Shown here in pieces: positions 46,624 to 59,099 of a DNA stretch of 64,000 bases. Source of the DNA: Malacoraja senta. Taxonomy: Eukaryota. Location: contig CM075978.1 of assembly GCA_038087875.1 (NCBI GenBank), positions 180,296,001-180,360,000 on the forward strand. The letters are read 5' to 3'. The translations under genes and the position numbers were made by a program. The notes under the pieces are model-generated. The model worked only from the letters and a program-made list of their open reading frames with translations. It searched no databases and had not been told where the DNA came from. How positions within the stretch are numbered: position 1 is the first letter of the stretch; every line of letters begins with the position of its first letter.

Positions 46624-49600
46624 GGTGCAAAAGTACTTTAAAAAAAAATAAAAAATTGAGGTCGGGTAAGGGGGGATGATAGTTGAAGAGTTGGTATGTC
46701 CTATTTACGTGATGCTCAAAAAAAAAAAACATTTGTTTCTCTTTTTTTCTCTTTCTCTTTTCTTTTCTTAGGGCCTATTTCTTAACTCTTTTTCTTTTTG
46801 TTTTTAATTTCGCTCTTATAGGGTCTTCGTCCTTTTTTGTTGTTACATTTTCTACACTTTTCTACACTTGCACTTTTTCCTTCACTTTCTTCTCTCTTTC
46901 AATCTTTTCTTTCTCTAGTGTAAAAAAATAAATAAAGGGAGTACATTAATTGTAAGAAGATATAAATGACGAGTATTAATGTATGTGGTTGTAATGTAAT
47001 GTACTTCTAATTAATAAAAATTAAAAAAAATAAAATAAAATAAAAAATAAAAAAATGGCTGCCGCCAGTGATGTCCAGGGCAGTGCTGGTGGAGGTTGTT
47101 GTAGCAGGGGCTGTCTCTGTTGGTGCGGCGCCAGGCTGTTGCAGATGGGGCAGGAGGCTGTCCTGTCCCGTATGTACTTGGCCATGCCAGGCCAGTAAAA
47201 CATATTCTGTGCGTGGGCCAGCGTGGCATCGGTGCCTGGGTGGCCGCTGTGTGCCTCTTTGTAATATTCATCACGTAAGGATGAAGGGATCGCGACTTTG
47301 TGGCCCTTAACTACGACACCGTCCTGTATTACCAGTTCATCACGGACTAAGAAGAACGGCTGCACCTCCAGTGGTGTGCAGGATTGCCTGTCTGGCCAGC
47401 CTCTTTTGATTATGGATGAGAGTCGCTGGAGAGTTGCGTCGGCGGCTGTGTGTTCGGCTAGATGGCGCAATTATTCCATGGGAACGAAGTTAATGCTGAG
47501 AACCGTAAACTCGTCCCGTTCATATGGGTGTCGTTCGCTGGATTCAGGAATTGTTTGGTTTTGTCCTCGTGGGCAGAGTCGAGCTGGTCTTGAGATTCTG
47601 GTAAGATTCTGGATCCCACTTCTGACACCATGTAAATAAGCAGACTGTACAATCTGGAGTTCAAGATCATCTTTAATCAGTACCCATAACAGCAGGTTGT
47701 TAGTTGTTAGTTCATCGTTACCGCTTCCAAGACTGACCAGTATAGGAAGTGGGTGTTAGTATGAATCATACAGTAAGTTGGGGTTAGTGATGCTATTTCT
47801 ACTATGATTGGTTCACATGCAATAACCAATCTACAGAGTGTAATGTATCTGGTAACTGGCTTTAAAGTCATTTGACTTTAAAGCCAGTTTCACTGCTTTC
47901 CAAATGATTCCGTTATACCTCTCAACCTGACCATTTCCAATAGGATTACATGGTGTTGTTTTACTTGTTGCAATTCCTCCATTAGAAAGGTAATTTTTAA
48001 AATATTTTGACATGAATGAGGTGTCCCTATCAGAATGTATGTAGCTTGGAAATCCACAGAATGAAAACAGTTGATCTAAACATTTGATAACCGTAGCAGC
48101 TGACATATTTGGACAAGGAAAGGCAAATGGAAACCTTGAATATTCATCAACTATGGTAAGTACATTTAGAGAGGAGGATGGTAAAGGCCCTTTGAAGTCA
48201 ATACTCAAACGTTCCATTGGTTGAGTAGCTTTGATCAATCTTCCTTCTTCAGGACGGAAGAACCTTGGTTTTAATTCAGCACAGATTCTACATGAAGCAC
48301 ACGTCATCTTCACATCTTCTGTAGAGAAAGGTAAGTTTTTGGAACGAACATAGTTTAACATACGAGTGACTCCAGGATGACACAACCCATTGTAAAGATC
48401 AGTGAGTACAGAAGAATGAACAGAGGCACAAAATGCTCGAGTTAATGTATCCGGAGCAACATTATCCTTACCAGGGCGGTACTCAATTGAATAAACTATA
48501 TGCAGATAATTCAATCCTCCATTCATGAATTTTACTGTTTTTAATCTTCATTCGTTTCCGATTATCCAGCATAAAAGCTACTGAACGCTGATCTGTTATC
48601 AAAGTGAAGTGCTGCGAGCAAGGAAATGACTCCATTTTCTCACTGCTTCAATAATTGCTGCAGCTTCCTTTTCGACGGGTGGGTAGTGCAATTCACTACC
48701 TTGGAGAGTATGAGACATGAAAGCCACTGGTCGTCCTTGATTTAACGTTGCTGATACTACTAAATCAGGCATCACATTCAACAACAAAGGGGAGATCCTC
48801 ATCAATGGCAATGTCGCAGATTATAATTGTTTCTTTAAAGAAGTAAAGACACCAATTGCTTAGAGTCAAGGGGGAAAGATTTTGCTCGAATCAAAGGTTG
48901 AATTTTGTCAGAAAAATTTGGTATCCATTTAGCATAATATGCAAACATACCAAGAACCCTTCGTAGAAAGTTTAATGTAGCTGGAACAGGTATCTCATGG
49001 AGTGGGCGGTCTTTCTGGATCAGCCTTGATTATATAATTTCCAACTCAATAACTAAGAATATTAATTGATGACACTGATATTATTGACTTTGCCTCATTT
49101 AATGTTAGATTTTTAGAATGTACAACTTCTAAAAACCGTTGTACATTTTCATCATGTTCAGCTTGGTCTTTTCCTGCAATAGTTATATTCTCAAGATAAG
49201 GGAAAGTATCTTTAAGGTTTTCCTGTTCAACAAGTTTGTCCATCTCTCTCTGAAAAACAGCCACACCATTAGTTACACCAAAAGGAACTCTGCAGTAGTG
49301 GTATAATTTCCCATTTGCTTCAAACGCAGCGTATTTCTTCTCTGATTCTTTCAAACAAATTTGGTAGTAAGCACCTTTAAGGTCAAAAGTAAAGAATATC
49401 TTATACTTAGCTAATGTATTGATAATCTCTTCTATACGAGGTAATGGATATGCATCAAGCTCCGTGAACTGGTTTATAGTTTGAGAGTAATCAAAGCAGA
49501 GTCTCTTTCTATGTCTCTCCAAGGGGTCCTTAACCATGACAACATGTGCCCTCCAAGGGGAAGAGCTGGGTTCTATGATACCTTCTCGTAAAAGATTAGT

Positions 49601-50022
49601 TACTTCTGTGTTGATAAAGTTTCTGTAATCTTTACTAAAATGTCTTGATTTTGTAGCAATTGGCTTGCACTTAGAGGATAAATTAGTGAATAATGAAGGA
49701 CATTCAACAGATGCAGCAGAAAAACCACACAATACTGGTGGCTTTGACAATAGAAGATCAGGCATAGTTCCTTCATACATTATTTGAAGTGATCGGTGCT
49801 GTTTCTGAAAATCCTGACCTATTATTATATCGCTACACACATTTTTCAAAATACCAAGACATACAGATTTATAACTAGTTTTGTTCAGAATAAAGTCTAT
49901 AATACAAGATCCAATAATTTGAGTATTGAGAGTTGTCAGAGCCATCGAGATTTCTCTATTTGAAGTAATTATAGTTATAGTTGAGACACAACTTATGTTG
50001 TCTGAGAGAGAGAGAGAGAGAC

Positions 50023-50055
<33 letters not shown>

Positions 50056-51489
50056 TGGACAGGGAGTCTGACCAATCACAATCTGGATCACTGTCCAATC
50101 ACAGCACCAGGATCCTGATTGACAGGGAATTGGACCATCCCATTGTGAATCACACAGGCCCGCCCATTCCTAGAAGATGAAGGCTTTTGTGGGCTTGGTT
50201 AATTCTTTTTCATTTTAACTCTCTCATTCCAACAAGAAGACTTTCACAACTTAAGGACAACACAGACCATTACACTAGCCTCAGCCTTCCCAGTCCACTT
50301 AGCCATTATTAAGTGCAATACCCATATGAATGGCCATGACAAAGTCTCCCAGGAGAATGTCCTAGCTTGCAAAATTTGTACATTGGTCCTCATAGAACCA
50401 AAGATTCTGGTAGACAGAACGGTCTTGTCAGACAATTGAGGGAGGTTTAGGAATTATAGGGGGACACCTCTATGTGCAATGACTATGGAAACGAGAGGGC
50501 TGTGCCATTGATTCCACAACGGGACTCTGGCTCACACCCCTCTTGGACAAATTTGTGTAATTGATGTTTTTCTGTCTGTTATTTTATATGCACTCCCATA
50601 TACATGCTGGTAAGAAGGGAAAACAATAGAGATACACCTTACAATTTAAAAACCTAATCGTGATGCCCATTTTTCTTTGTGAAAATTCCATGTTAATTCA
50701 GTAAATGCGTGAAATGGGGGGGAAGCTTATGAATGTATTTGGGTGTATTTTAAGAGTTAGAATGATTTCCTTGAGGTGTGTATTACTGTGTTTTACTTTT
50801 GAGTGATAATTTTATAATTTTATTGAGTGATAGTTTTAAAGTGTGAATATCTGTGAGATTTAGCATATTGCATGAGGTGTGGCAACTTGTGAGTGAATGT
50901 CACAGAGAAGAAAAAGGTATAAAATAAGTAAGCTTAAAGATTGTTACGTGTTTGTGGAACCAGTTCTGGTGAATGTTGAATTAATCCTATAATTCAGATG
51001 AAATAGGATGTAATTGAATGAGCTTTTGCTCTTCTACTTAAGAAATCCTTGTAGAGACTAATGTGTTTTAAGAGGTAGTGTATGTTTCTTTAAGAAGTCA
51101 GTAGTTGTGTGGAGGTGGAGCCACACGGTTATTATATTTTCCTTTGTTCTTTGTAAATGCGTTAGTAATCTATGAAAATTAAGTTTATTCTTTATTTTCT
51201 CTTAACTTTCAACAGAGAAATGAAAAATGTAGATTGTTTTGTCTTATTGGTGTTTTAAGTTTGTTTTCTTCCTATTTTCTTATCTTTTGAATTGAGTTCA
51301 AAAGGAGACTTGGATGCCATACTGGCCATGTGTTAGATGAGATTGGATAAGCCAATATCTCATTCCTAAATGGCCTACCCCTTATTCTTAAAGAGACTGT
51401 TTTCAAGTTTCCGGAAAAAGAGCGAGTGCTAGCATCTCAGTTATTGATCATCCATGTTATTAATTTGGATTTTAAAAAAGATCAAGACT

Positions 51490-52260
51490 ATTTTATAGTC
51501 CGAGGGCAGGTGGACTCTGCCCCGGCGTTGCTGGCGACCCTCCGGGAGCGGGTGAGCAGGCTAGCTCCAATTCCCACTTCGCGGCATGGCTTGCCGGCGG
51601 TGCACGTGCAGTCGGCTCTGCAGCATTGTATGTTTTTTTCGTTCGCAGGGACGCTCACAGATCCCCCTTGCAGCGCGTCTACGAGGGGCTGTTCCGGGTG
51701 TTGCGATCTGGAGTCGCCACCTTCACCTTGGACGTGGGGGGCCGGGAGGAGATCGTCTCCGTCGGCCGACTCAAGCCTGCCCATGTCGACTTTGACAGCC
51801 CGGTGGTGGTCGCGCAGCCCCGACGTAGAGGTCGTCCGCCGACCGATCCGGCTGCACCTGTTGTGCCTGTTTCCCCCGATCCGGTTGTACCCGTTCCTCC
51901 CACCCCGTTACGGTCTCCTGGCCCTGTTCGGCCAGTCCCTCTTGTTACGCCCGCCCCGCCTCCGCTTACCACGCGTTCTGGTAGCCGTGTCTCGGTTCCG
52001 TATCTCGGGTTCTGGGGGGGTCCTGTAGCGACACCTGGTGGTGTCTGGGTAGTCAAACCCTCGGATTGGCTGCACTAGTCACATGGGCGCGGGGGCGATA
52101 TTCGCGTGCTTTTTACCGAGTTGTGTAATTCTAGCGCCACACTTGTGGAAGTAACATCGCGTTTGTTGGCTGTCTTACCAACCTGAGTTTATTTGTTGTT
52201 TTACCGTTACAAAATAAAACCCTTTGAATTCACTCAGTCTCGACTCGCCAAACGGGCATG
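51490..52260 (+). mobile_element. Gypsy fragment D: integrase C-terminus, PPT and start of a 3' LTR (TGTAG at 52024)
   Basis: VFVRRDAHRSPLQRVYEGLFRVL...VSVGRLKPA, followed by a G-rich PPT at 52014-52020. The LTR end is uncertain. Confidence 0.75.
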
Positions 52261-52742
52261 GTAAAGAAGATATGCCAGGAGCCCAGATCTTACATTATTC
52301 AATCCGAAGTTAAGTTATACAGGAGAAATACGAAGACACATTTTGCCTGTAGACGAGCCTGCACCAACACAGCAAAGTCCATTCGATGTTACCACTGATT
52401 ACCCGGATGCAGGAATGTGGTCAGAAGATGAGAATGTTCTCACAAGGGATGGACAAGAAACAATGGACTCTGAGCAGTCTCAGGTTAAGGTTCCTGTGCC
52501 TGTGGTTAAATTGCCTGTAAAAGCCACGGAGGGATTTTACAGGACACGCTCAGGTCGTGTCACAAGCCAAATCCAATACAAAGAATGAATGTTTTCTGTA
52601 CGAAAGTTATTAATTGGTATAGCTTCACTTCACTGTAGTTATTGGTTCACATATTATTTTATTCATAATTAAATGTATGTCTGCTTGCTTTTATTTCATG
52701 GGGCATGAGCTAAAGAAAGAGGATGTAGATTAGTCACTGTAT

Positions 52743-53602
52743 AGGGGGTGTGCACGTAAGGTCACTGGGTCATAGGGCTTGTCGCACGGAGCCGCTCAAT
52801 CCATCTGGAGGACATCCGTAACTTCCGGTATATGTTATTAATGCAAGAAACGCGTACTTTCCTACCTGTTAAAAACCGCCAAAATGTTGAATTTTTGCGC
52901 TGTAAACAATTGTGGAAGTTGGGGTAAGCGTGAGAGACATGTACCCAACTTCAGAATTCCAAAAGTGAAGCGAAATGAAGGTAAAGAGAAGCGAGAGCTG
53001 AAGGGACAACAACAGCTAAAGTGCTTGGCGAACATTGGCCGTGCAGATATCGAAATTGAAAATATTGGGAATTATCGCGTTTGCTCACTGCATTTCATCA
53101 ACAGTAAGGCATTATTTGTGGTTTTTCTTGATTCCTTTGGTATCTAAAAAGTCTCAGAAGTGATAAATCTGGCTGTAAATTTTGCTTCAGAGGCGTTTTA
53201 TTTTTGTATGTAAAAACCCACGAGAACCATGGGCGATTTTAAAATTTTACAGCCAGATTTATCCCTTCTGAAACTTTTTAGATGCCAAAGGAATCAAGAA
53301 AAAACACAAATAATGCCTTAGTTGATGAAATGCAGTGAGCAAACGGCCAATGTTCGCCAAGCACTCTGGCTGTTGTTGTCCCTTCAGCTCTCGCTTCTAT
53401 CTACCGGCATTTCTCCTCACTTTTGGAATTCTGAAGTAGGCTAAATGTCTCTCACGCTTATCCTGATTTCCATAATTATTTACAGCGCAAAAATTGACAA
53501 TTTCGGCGGGTTTTAACGGGCCCGCTACGCGTGTACTCCATTTGGCGTAGCGTAGCAACAGTACGGGTCATGGGTCGTGACCCGACTGCCGTGAAACCTC
53601 CA
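52743..53602. mobile_element. Fold-back (palindromic) non-autonomous DNA transposon with THAP-coding arms
   Basis: Arm at about 52850-53184 is inverted at about 53241-53530, with a spacer of about 55 bp. Imperfect termini and a TAT (or AT) target duplication. Confidence 0.75.
52884..53147 (+). pseudogene. THAP zinc-finger domain ORF (transposase exon-1 remnant)
   Basis: MLNFCAVNNC...FRIP...RVCSLHF (C2CH THAP signature, with the conserved Trp replaced). A donor-like A|gtaagg at 53104 follows the domain directly. Confidence 0.75.
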
Positions 53603-54099
53603 TATTCCTAATCCATGTCGGGTGTTCGTTCCTGGAGTATGTTATTTAACGCATGCGTGCCATCCAGGAGCAGTTCAGACAGGGAGTACTGAAACGGAAT
53701 GCAGGGGCTTTGTCAATAGTCTGGTTGCCTCGTGGTCAATAAACATATTATGGAGTTAAACTACTTGTCGTTATTTCCACAACTTCATAATATGTTCTTT
53801 AGTGATGTCATCTAACCCGCCGAATTATTCCAGCGCCAAGTGTTCCTAACGTACCAGACAACAAAATGCTGGAGTAACTCAGCGGGACAGGCAGCATCTC
53901 TGGATGGAAGGAATGGGTGACATTTCGGGTTGAGACCTTTCTTCAAACTGAGAGTCAGGGGAGAGGGAGACACAGAGATAAATTCCCACCCCTAAGTGTA
54001 AGGTGTGAAAACGAGACATGAAAGAGGGATATAATGGGTAATTTCTTCAATTTTCCACTCGGCGATTTATAGCAAGATTATCACATGATTATAATTACA

Positions 54100-54860
54100 A
54101 TGACCGCAGATGAGAATAATGTCGAGACTGCTGCAGTGACCCCGGAGATTATAACCATGGCAACGTGACCTCACCCCTTTCAGGATGTTCCCTGAACTAT
54201 GCTGACGTCTCACACATTTCATTTCCGGGTGCTTTCAACAGATCACCAGCCGCCCCGCTTGTTGGCGACGTCGCCCACTGCTACTCGCCACAAACTCGGG
54301 AGGAGCAGGGGAGACAGCGGTTCGCGCCCGCGCTTCGTCACTGGCTAACGGCAGCGCCGCTGTCACCCTCACCCTCACCCTCAGCCGCAGTCGAGCCTCG
54401 GCCCGATTATGCCGCTGCTTTTCCTCGAACGCTTCCCTTGGCCCAGTCTGAGGTTGTACACAGCCCTCAGCGCGGTTCTGCTCGCCGCCAGCCTCTTCAG
54501 CGCCTACTCTCACCTCAGCCTGCCCCCGGGCCAAGCTCCGATCTCTGTCCCTCGTTACCATCCCAACCTCGGCGCTCCCATCCCTATTGACGCCATAAGC
54601 GGCGATCCGCCGGCCGCCGAAGGAAACAGCGACGGGGATACCGGAGCAGACCGCGAGCAGCGCGTCCACCCCGGCCCAGGGATCAACGTTGACCATGGTG
54701 AGCCCGATTTGGGACTCTCGGGCAGACCAGAGTGGGCTCAAGGCCACGGATTCGCCCTGGAAATAGCCTGGTACCTGGTATCAGACGGCTGGTGTATTTG
54801 GGTGAGTGTTTGGGTTTCTCCCTTCACCCCGCCTCCTTCCTGTCGCCGGAAATCTAAAAA
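54100..54860 (+). promoter_or_regulatory. CpG island covering the AMFR promoter, 5' UTR and exon 1
   Basis: Sharp rise in GC and CpG content against AT-rich flanks. Confidence 0.6.
54409..54801 (+). CDS. AMFR: E3 ubiquitin ligase AMFR/gp78, first coding exon (131 codons). Remaining exons were not identified in the window
   Basis: N-terminus MPLLFLERFPWPSLRLYT matches AMFR. The exon ends ...WYLVSDGWCIW|gtgagt, at the position equivalent to human ...YLLSDSLFVW|. Confidence 0.93.
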
Positions 54861-57800
54861 TCGAGAGGACTTTCTGTCCAAGCTTCATACTTTCAATAGT
54901 TAAGGCATTGACTTGCGTCTGATTTTTCTAAATGTGCGAAATGTTGAAAGTAAAATTGCAAATCCCCCAAAGCGTGTTTAAAATATAGGAGTTATAGATT
55001 AATTTTCTGGTGATAATCCGATGTAGTTGAATTATCGCTAAAAACTCCGATGGTCAGATAATATTTCCTTAAAATTTCCCGTGATTTTCTCTGTTGGAAG
55101 GAATCGAATATTCTGCAGAACTTTTATTTTGCGGTATTTTAAAATGGGATGCTTTGTATTTTTAAACATATACATCAAAATCTTCAATTTACTGAAATGA
55201 AAGATATGTTTCACTTGGGATAAATATTTAAAACATACAAAATAACATTGTAAATTTAGTCAAATAAACGTTGTGAATCTGATTATTTCTCACTGGCATT
55301 GGATTCTTATTGTGTTGTGATGTGTTAGGAAGTACATTTTATTCGTCATTGTATTTAGTTGAAATGTTTGTCCAAAGTTTTAAAGCATCTTGTAAATATT
55401 TTGGAAATTTTTCTGTTAAATTCAATATATTGTAAACTTGGTAAAACATGATATTTTATAATAGCCATAATGTTGTTCTGCAGTGAGTTAATCAACAGGA
55501 AATGCCCTTTAAGTTACTCAAGAATCTACATGAAAATAAATTGCAAACCTTTTTAACTTTGAAGATGAAATCGGAACTTGAGACAATTTCAGTTTGGATG
55601 CACATGTTTTCATAGGCAAGATGGTGCCCAACAAATACTTATAGTGTGTTAGTTGGTGGAATTTAAAGTCTTCAGACTGTTTCTACAATAGCAGTATCCA
55701 AGTCTGAGCACAAAAAAGGTTCAAATTTTTCCCATCCTACTTAAATATTGCCATTTTGTGAATATTATATTCGTCCAAAGTGCTCGGTCTATCTAAACCT
55801 AGACAAGGAAAGCAGGTCAAATGACTTGGATCACAATTGGATTTAACTGTCATATACCCATACCCATGTATATTAACACTCAGTAGAGATTCATGTGGTC
55901 AGAAGTCTCATTCGCTTTTTTATTCTTGCCTTAACCTGTGTGTTTGTATGCACATTTTAATGCTTCTTTTGCCATATATCCATGCCCACATATGTTTACA
56001 CTTGTTATAGTCACTGAATAGTGGTCAGAAGCCTCACATGCTTTCTCTCTCTCTCCCCCCCCCCCATGCAAATCTTAATGCTACCCTACTCAAGGTTTAT
56101 TTTTATGTTTATGCAAACTTTTTCCCATTGGGTAATTTTGTAAAGCTAACTACTTTCAAAATGATATTTTGGGGATGAGTTAGAAGGGGAAGAGATTGTT
56201 GGAAATGTTGTACAATAAACAGAAGATTGATAGTTATGCTCAATTAATAAAAGAAAATGGAGCCACATAATGCCAATCTAAATGTCAGGAGGCGCTTTTT
56301 GTCTGACAGTATAATCTGAAACATCACCCATTTCTTCTCTCCAGAGATGCTGCCTGTCCCGCTGAGTTACTCCAGCTTTTTGTGTCTACAGTATAACATT
56401 GGTGGTTGTTGTTTTGACATTCACATGCAAGATAAAGCCTTCTCACTTCTGGACAGCTTATGGACTATCTAGAAATCTGTGTATATAAGCTATCAAAGAG
56501 TTCTCATAAAGAACAGCCATAACTTTAAATATGCATTGCACAAGATGTAAAAGTGAATTTATGAGACAATACAAATAGTAAGAGCATACAAAAGAAACCA
56601 TTTGGACAAGTGCTGTCATGATAAGATGCATTTCCATTGAATGTACTAGATTGTCAATTAAATGTATACAGTTACTTTAGCTAGATTGGGAAATTGGTAA
56701 TAAAAAAAATGCTAGAAAGACAAATATTTAAATAATTATTTCAGTATAATGTATGTTTATTGAAAATTATAACACTTCTTTGGGAGAAATAATTCATCCT
56801 AGAGAGAAAGTATAGAGTTGGATTAAGAGGTTTATAATGTTGCTGGATGTCTGGGGGCTGGAAGAATTTTAGTAACAAACAAAGAGATGTCAGTAATTGC
56901 CAGAGAAAATGTAAGAAATAAAATTGGGCAAGAAAGGAATGTGTCTTATTTCTCAGAGGAAATGTAAACTAGGTCCCATTGGATTCAGAAGAAATTAGAT
57001 TTCAGAATGAGGAAGTACACCAACATTTTTTTGTCTCAACAACATTTTAGATAATGGGAATAAAGTCTGTAATGGAGCAACGACAAGGTACCAAAAGTTA
57101 AGGTGTTGCAAGTGATTGATCCTTCCAACTTATATTATCTTTGGAGTTCTAAAAACAAGACTGGCGACAGCTTCTGAAAGTATTATTTGTGATCTTCCAA
57201 CATAGTCTGCATGCGTTGTCATGCTATTCCAGAAAATTGAAAGAAATGGAGACCTATGTATCAATTAATAATAGATTTTTCAATGGTGAAAATTAAATTG
57301 CTTGTTAAATTTGTGGATGCTTAACAAATATTTAAGGCTGAGATGAAAGAACATTCGAGGCACGGGGAATTGAAGGATACATGAGAATGAATGGGAAAGT
57401 AGTTTGATTTGGGTCTCGGCTATAAAGTGGAAGTGAGGGCTTGAATGGAGCAGGCTTGAGGGTTTTGCGTTACTCTTGTTCCTAGATTTAAGTCTTGCAT
57501 TGAAAGGAAGTTGTTTGAAAAGATGTGGTGTGGTTAATGTTTTTGGATGGTCAGGTGTAAAGTTTTAAAGGTTATGATAAAAATCACTGCTCTTACCTTT
57601 GGATGTGGGTTTGAGTGAAGAATAAAAAAATTCTGAAATACCAAACACAAAGATAGCAAGTTTTGAATGCTAAGTGACGTTTGAGACAAATTGCTGAATT
57701 GTACAGATAAAATTTACAGCAGAAAAATAGTTAAGCTGTGAAAGAAAGGATCATGAGTGATAAAATGACAGGTTTAAATCGTGTGGAATCAGCAGAAGGA

Positions 57801-57879
57801 TGTCGATACCAAAATCTCAGGGGGGGCACAAGGTAAAGAAAATTACTTTTTTTAAATGGCAAGAAATTAGAGGTAAAAT

Positions 57880-58680
57880 GGAGACAATAGTAACTGCAGA
57901 TGTTAGAATCTTCAGCAAAAAAACAGTGCTGGAAGATATCGGCGGGTCATGCAGCATCTGAGGTGGGAATGGGCAGATGATATTTCGGGTTGGATTCTAC
58001 AGACTATTTAGAGTAGGGGGAGAAAGCCTGGCATGTGGATAGATATTGAGTGGAATAAGTGATAACTCCTAGCGGTGAAAGAGACAAAAGGGTATCAGAT
58101 AATGAAAGACGAAGAGTGAAATATAAGGCTGGAAGGCGGAATATGGATGGAAAGGACCAGTGGGAGGGAAAGAGGGGGGGATGAAGGGAAAGTATGGAAC
58201 TTGGGGATGTGAAATGAGTGTATGAAGGACAGCAAAGGGGCAAGTTAACTGGTATGGTGGTAGAATTGTGCACATCAGGTGATAGGGGTGGCAGGGGAAA
58301 GGGGAGGTGTAGATTTCAATATTCAGGCCATGTTATTACAGTGAAATGCAAGGTGCAGTTCTTACAGTTTGTGTGTGGCCTCACTCTGGCAATGTATGAG
58401 GCCAAGGACAGAAAGATCAGTATGGGAAGGGGAGTTCATATGGTTAGCTACTGGGTGTTCCAGCAGACCTCAGCAAATGGAGCACAAGTGATCGGTGTGA
58501 AGATCTGCTTGTCTACACTTGTTCTCGTTGATATAAAAGTGGCCAAAGAAGGCCACATGCACTTTGGAAGAACAGCACCTCGTATTCCCTTAGGCAGCTT
58601 AGACCTCAAGGATGGATATTGAATTCTCCAACTGCAAGTAACCCCACCTATCCTACTCTCATTTCCCTATGTTGCACTGT
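57880..58680 (-). mobile_element. Degraded Penelope 3' fragments (AMFR intron 1)
   Basis: Reverse complement resembles the GIY-YIG region and 3' repeat of the 3745-5680 element. Confidence 0.55.
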
Positions 58681-59099
58681 GAAAACTACTCCATGAAGAG
58701 TGGATTTTTTTCCAACTGAAGTTGCTCATTGCTTGATTTAGTGAATTAGTAACATAGGGTATAAGCCACGCTTTTTGGTGCCCATGTATTAATTTTATGC
58801 TTTGGTCAAGAACTGAATATGCACTGCTGCTATGTTTTTATCTTGTTTACAGTCTGTCTGTTAGAAATGGTTTTCCTTGGGAACCATTATTCAGTTTGGC
58901 ATGTTGTACAAAAGCATAGTATTGCAAACTCGCTAACTTTAATAATTTCAAGCATGGATAACTCGTGACTTTTTTTACTTGTGTAAACAGTAGCAGCTGC
59001 TTTTGTTTTGATACCAGGTACTGATGGTCAGTTTCTGGATCACTTATTTGCAACTGGTAAATTATTGAATAAGGGAATATTTTATGCTCACTTTAAGCA

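Larger units (their letters stand above)
40764..47051 (+). mobile_element. Full-length L1-clade LINE (6.29 kb) with intact ORF1 and ORF2
   Basis: 16-bp TSD aaaatg(t/g)ctgccgcca (40748-40763 and 47052-47067), CpG-rich 5' UTR, two long open ORFs, AATAAA and an A-rich tail. Confidence 0.95.
39501..47835 (-). mobile_element. Non-autonomous Gypsy LTR element C (integrase region only, about 2 kb of its own sequence), carrying an L1 insertion
   Basis: LTRs 39501-39704 and 47631-47835, perfect 5-bp TSD GAGTG. 18-nt PBS TGGTGTCAGAAGTGGGAT (47613-47630; tRNA-Leu 3' complement) and PPT at 39705-39714. Confidence 0.93.
39135..49990 (-). mobile_element. Outer degraded Gypsy element B (PR-RT-RH-IN), interrupted by the nested LTR element. 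LTRs not resolved
   Basis: RT 49046-49950 (SSPW, LDAYPLP, YLENI), RH 48599-48811, integrase 47836-48526 (SIDFKGP, HSDRD). The integrase resumes at 39500 (LHSIRPLL...HERFF...PGPVLLRR). Confidence 0.85.
52320..53787 (+). mobile_element. Gypsy fragment E: integrase tail, PPT (52712-52723) and 3' LTR, interrupted by the THAP fold-back element
   Basis: ORF ending RTRSGRVTSQIQYKE*, then aaagaaagagga-TGTAG. The LTR resumes at about 53603 with AATAAA and ends near ...CA. Confidence 0.55.

Noticed and set aside
47613-47630. tRNA-Leu gene fragment
   Set aside because: Only the 18-nt primer-binding site of the LTR element is present, with no tRNA body. No tRNA or rRNA genes were found in the window.
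50180-51420. Possible decayed endogenous retrovirus env/gag or gag zinc knuckle on the - strand
   Set aside because: Only vague motif resemblance with multiple stops. It cannot be supported without a profile search.
54235-54747. 170-aa antisense ORF over AMFR exon 1
   Set aside because: Expected by-product of a GC-rich CpG island; no recognisable domain.
58810-58900. Candidate AMFR exon 2 (LNMHCCYVFIL...)
   Set aside because: It lacks the conserved VAKLIQ...FGPLR sequence and suitable splice sites. Exon 2 probably lies beyond the window.
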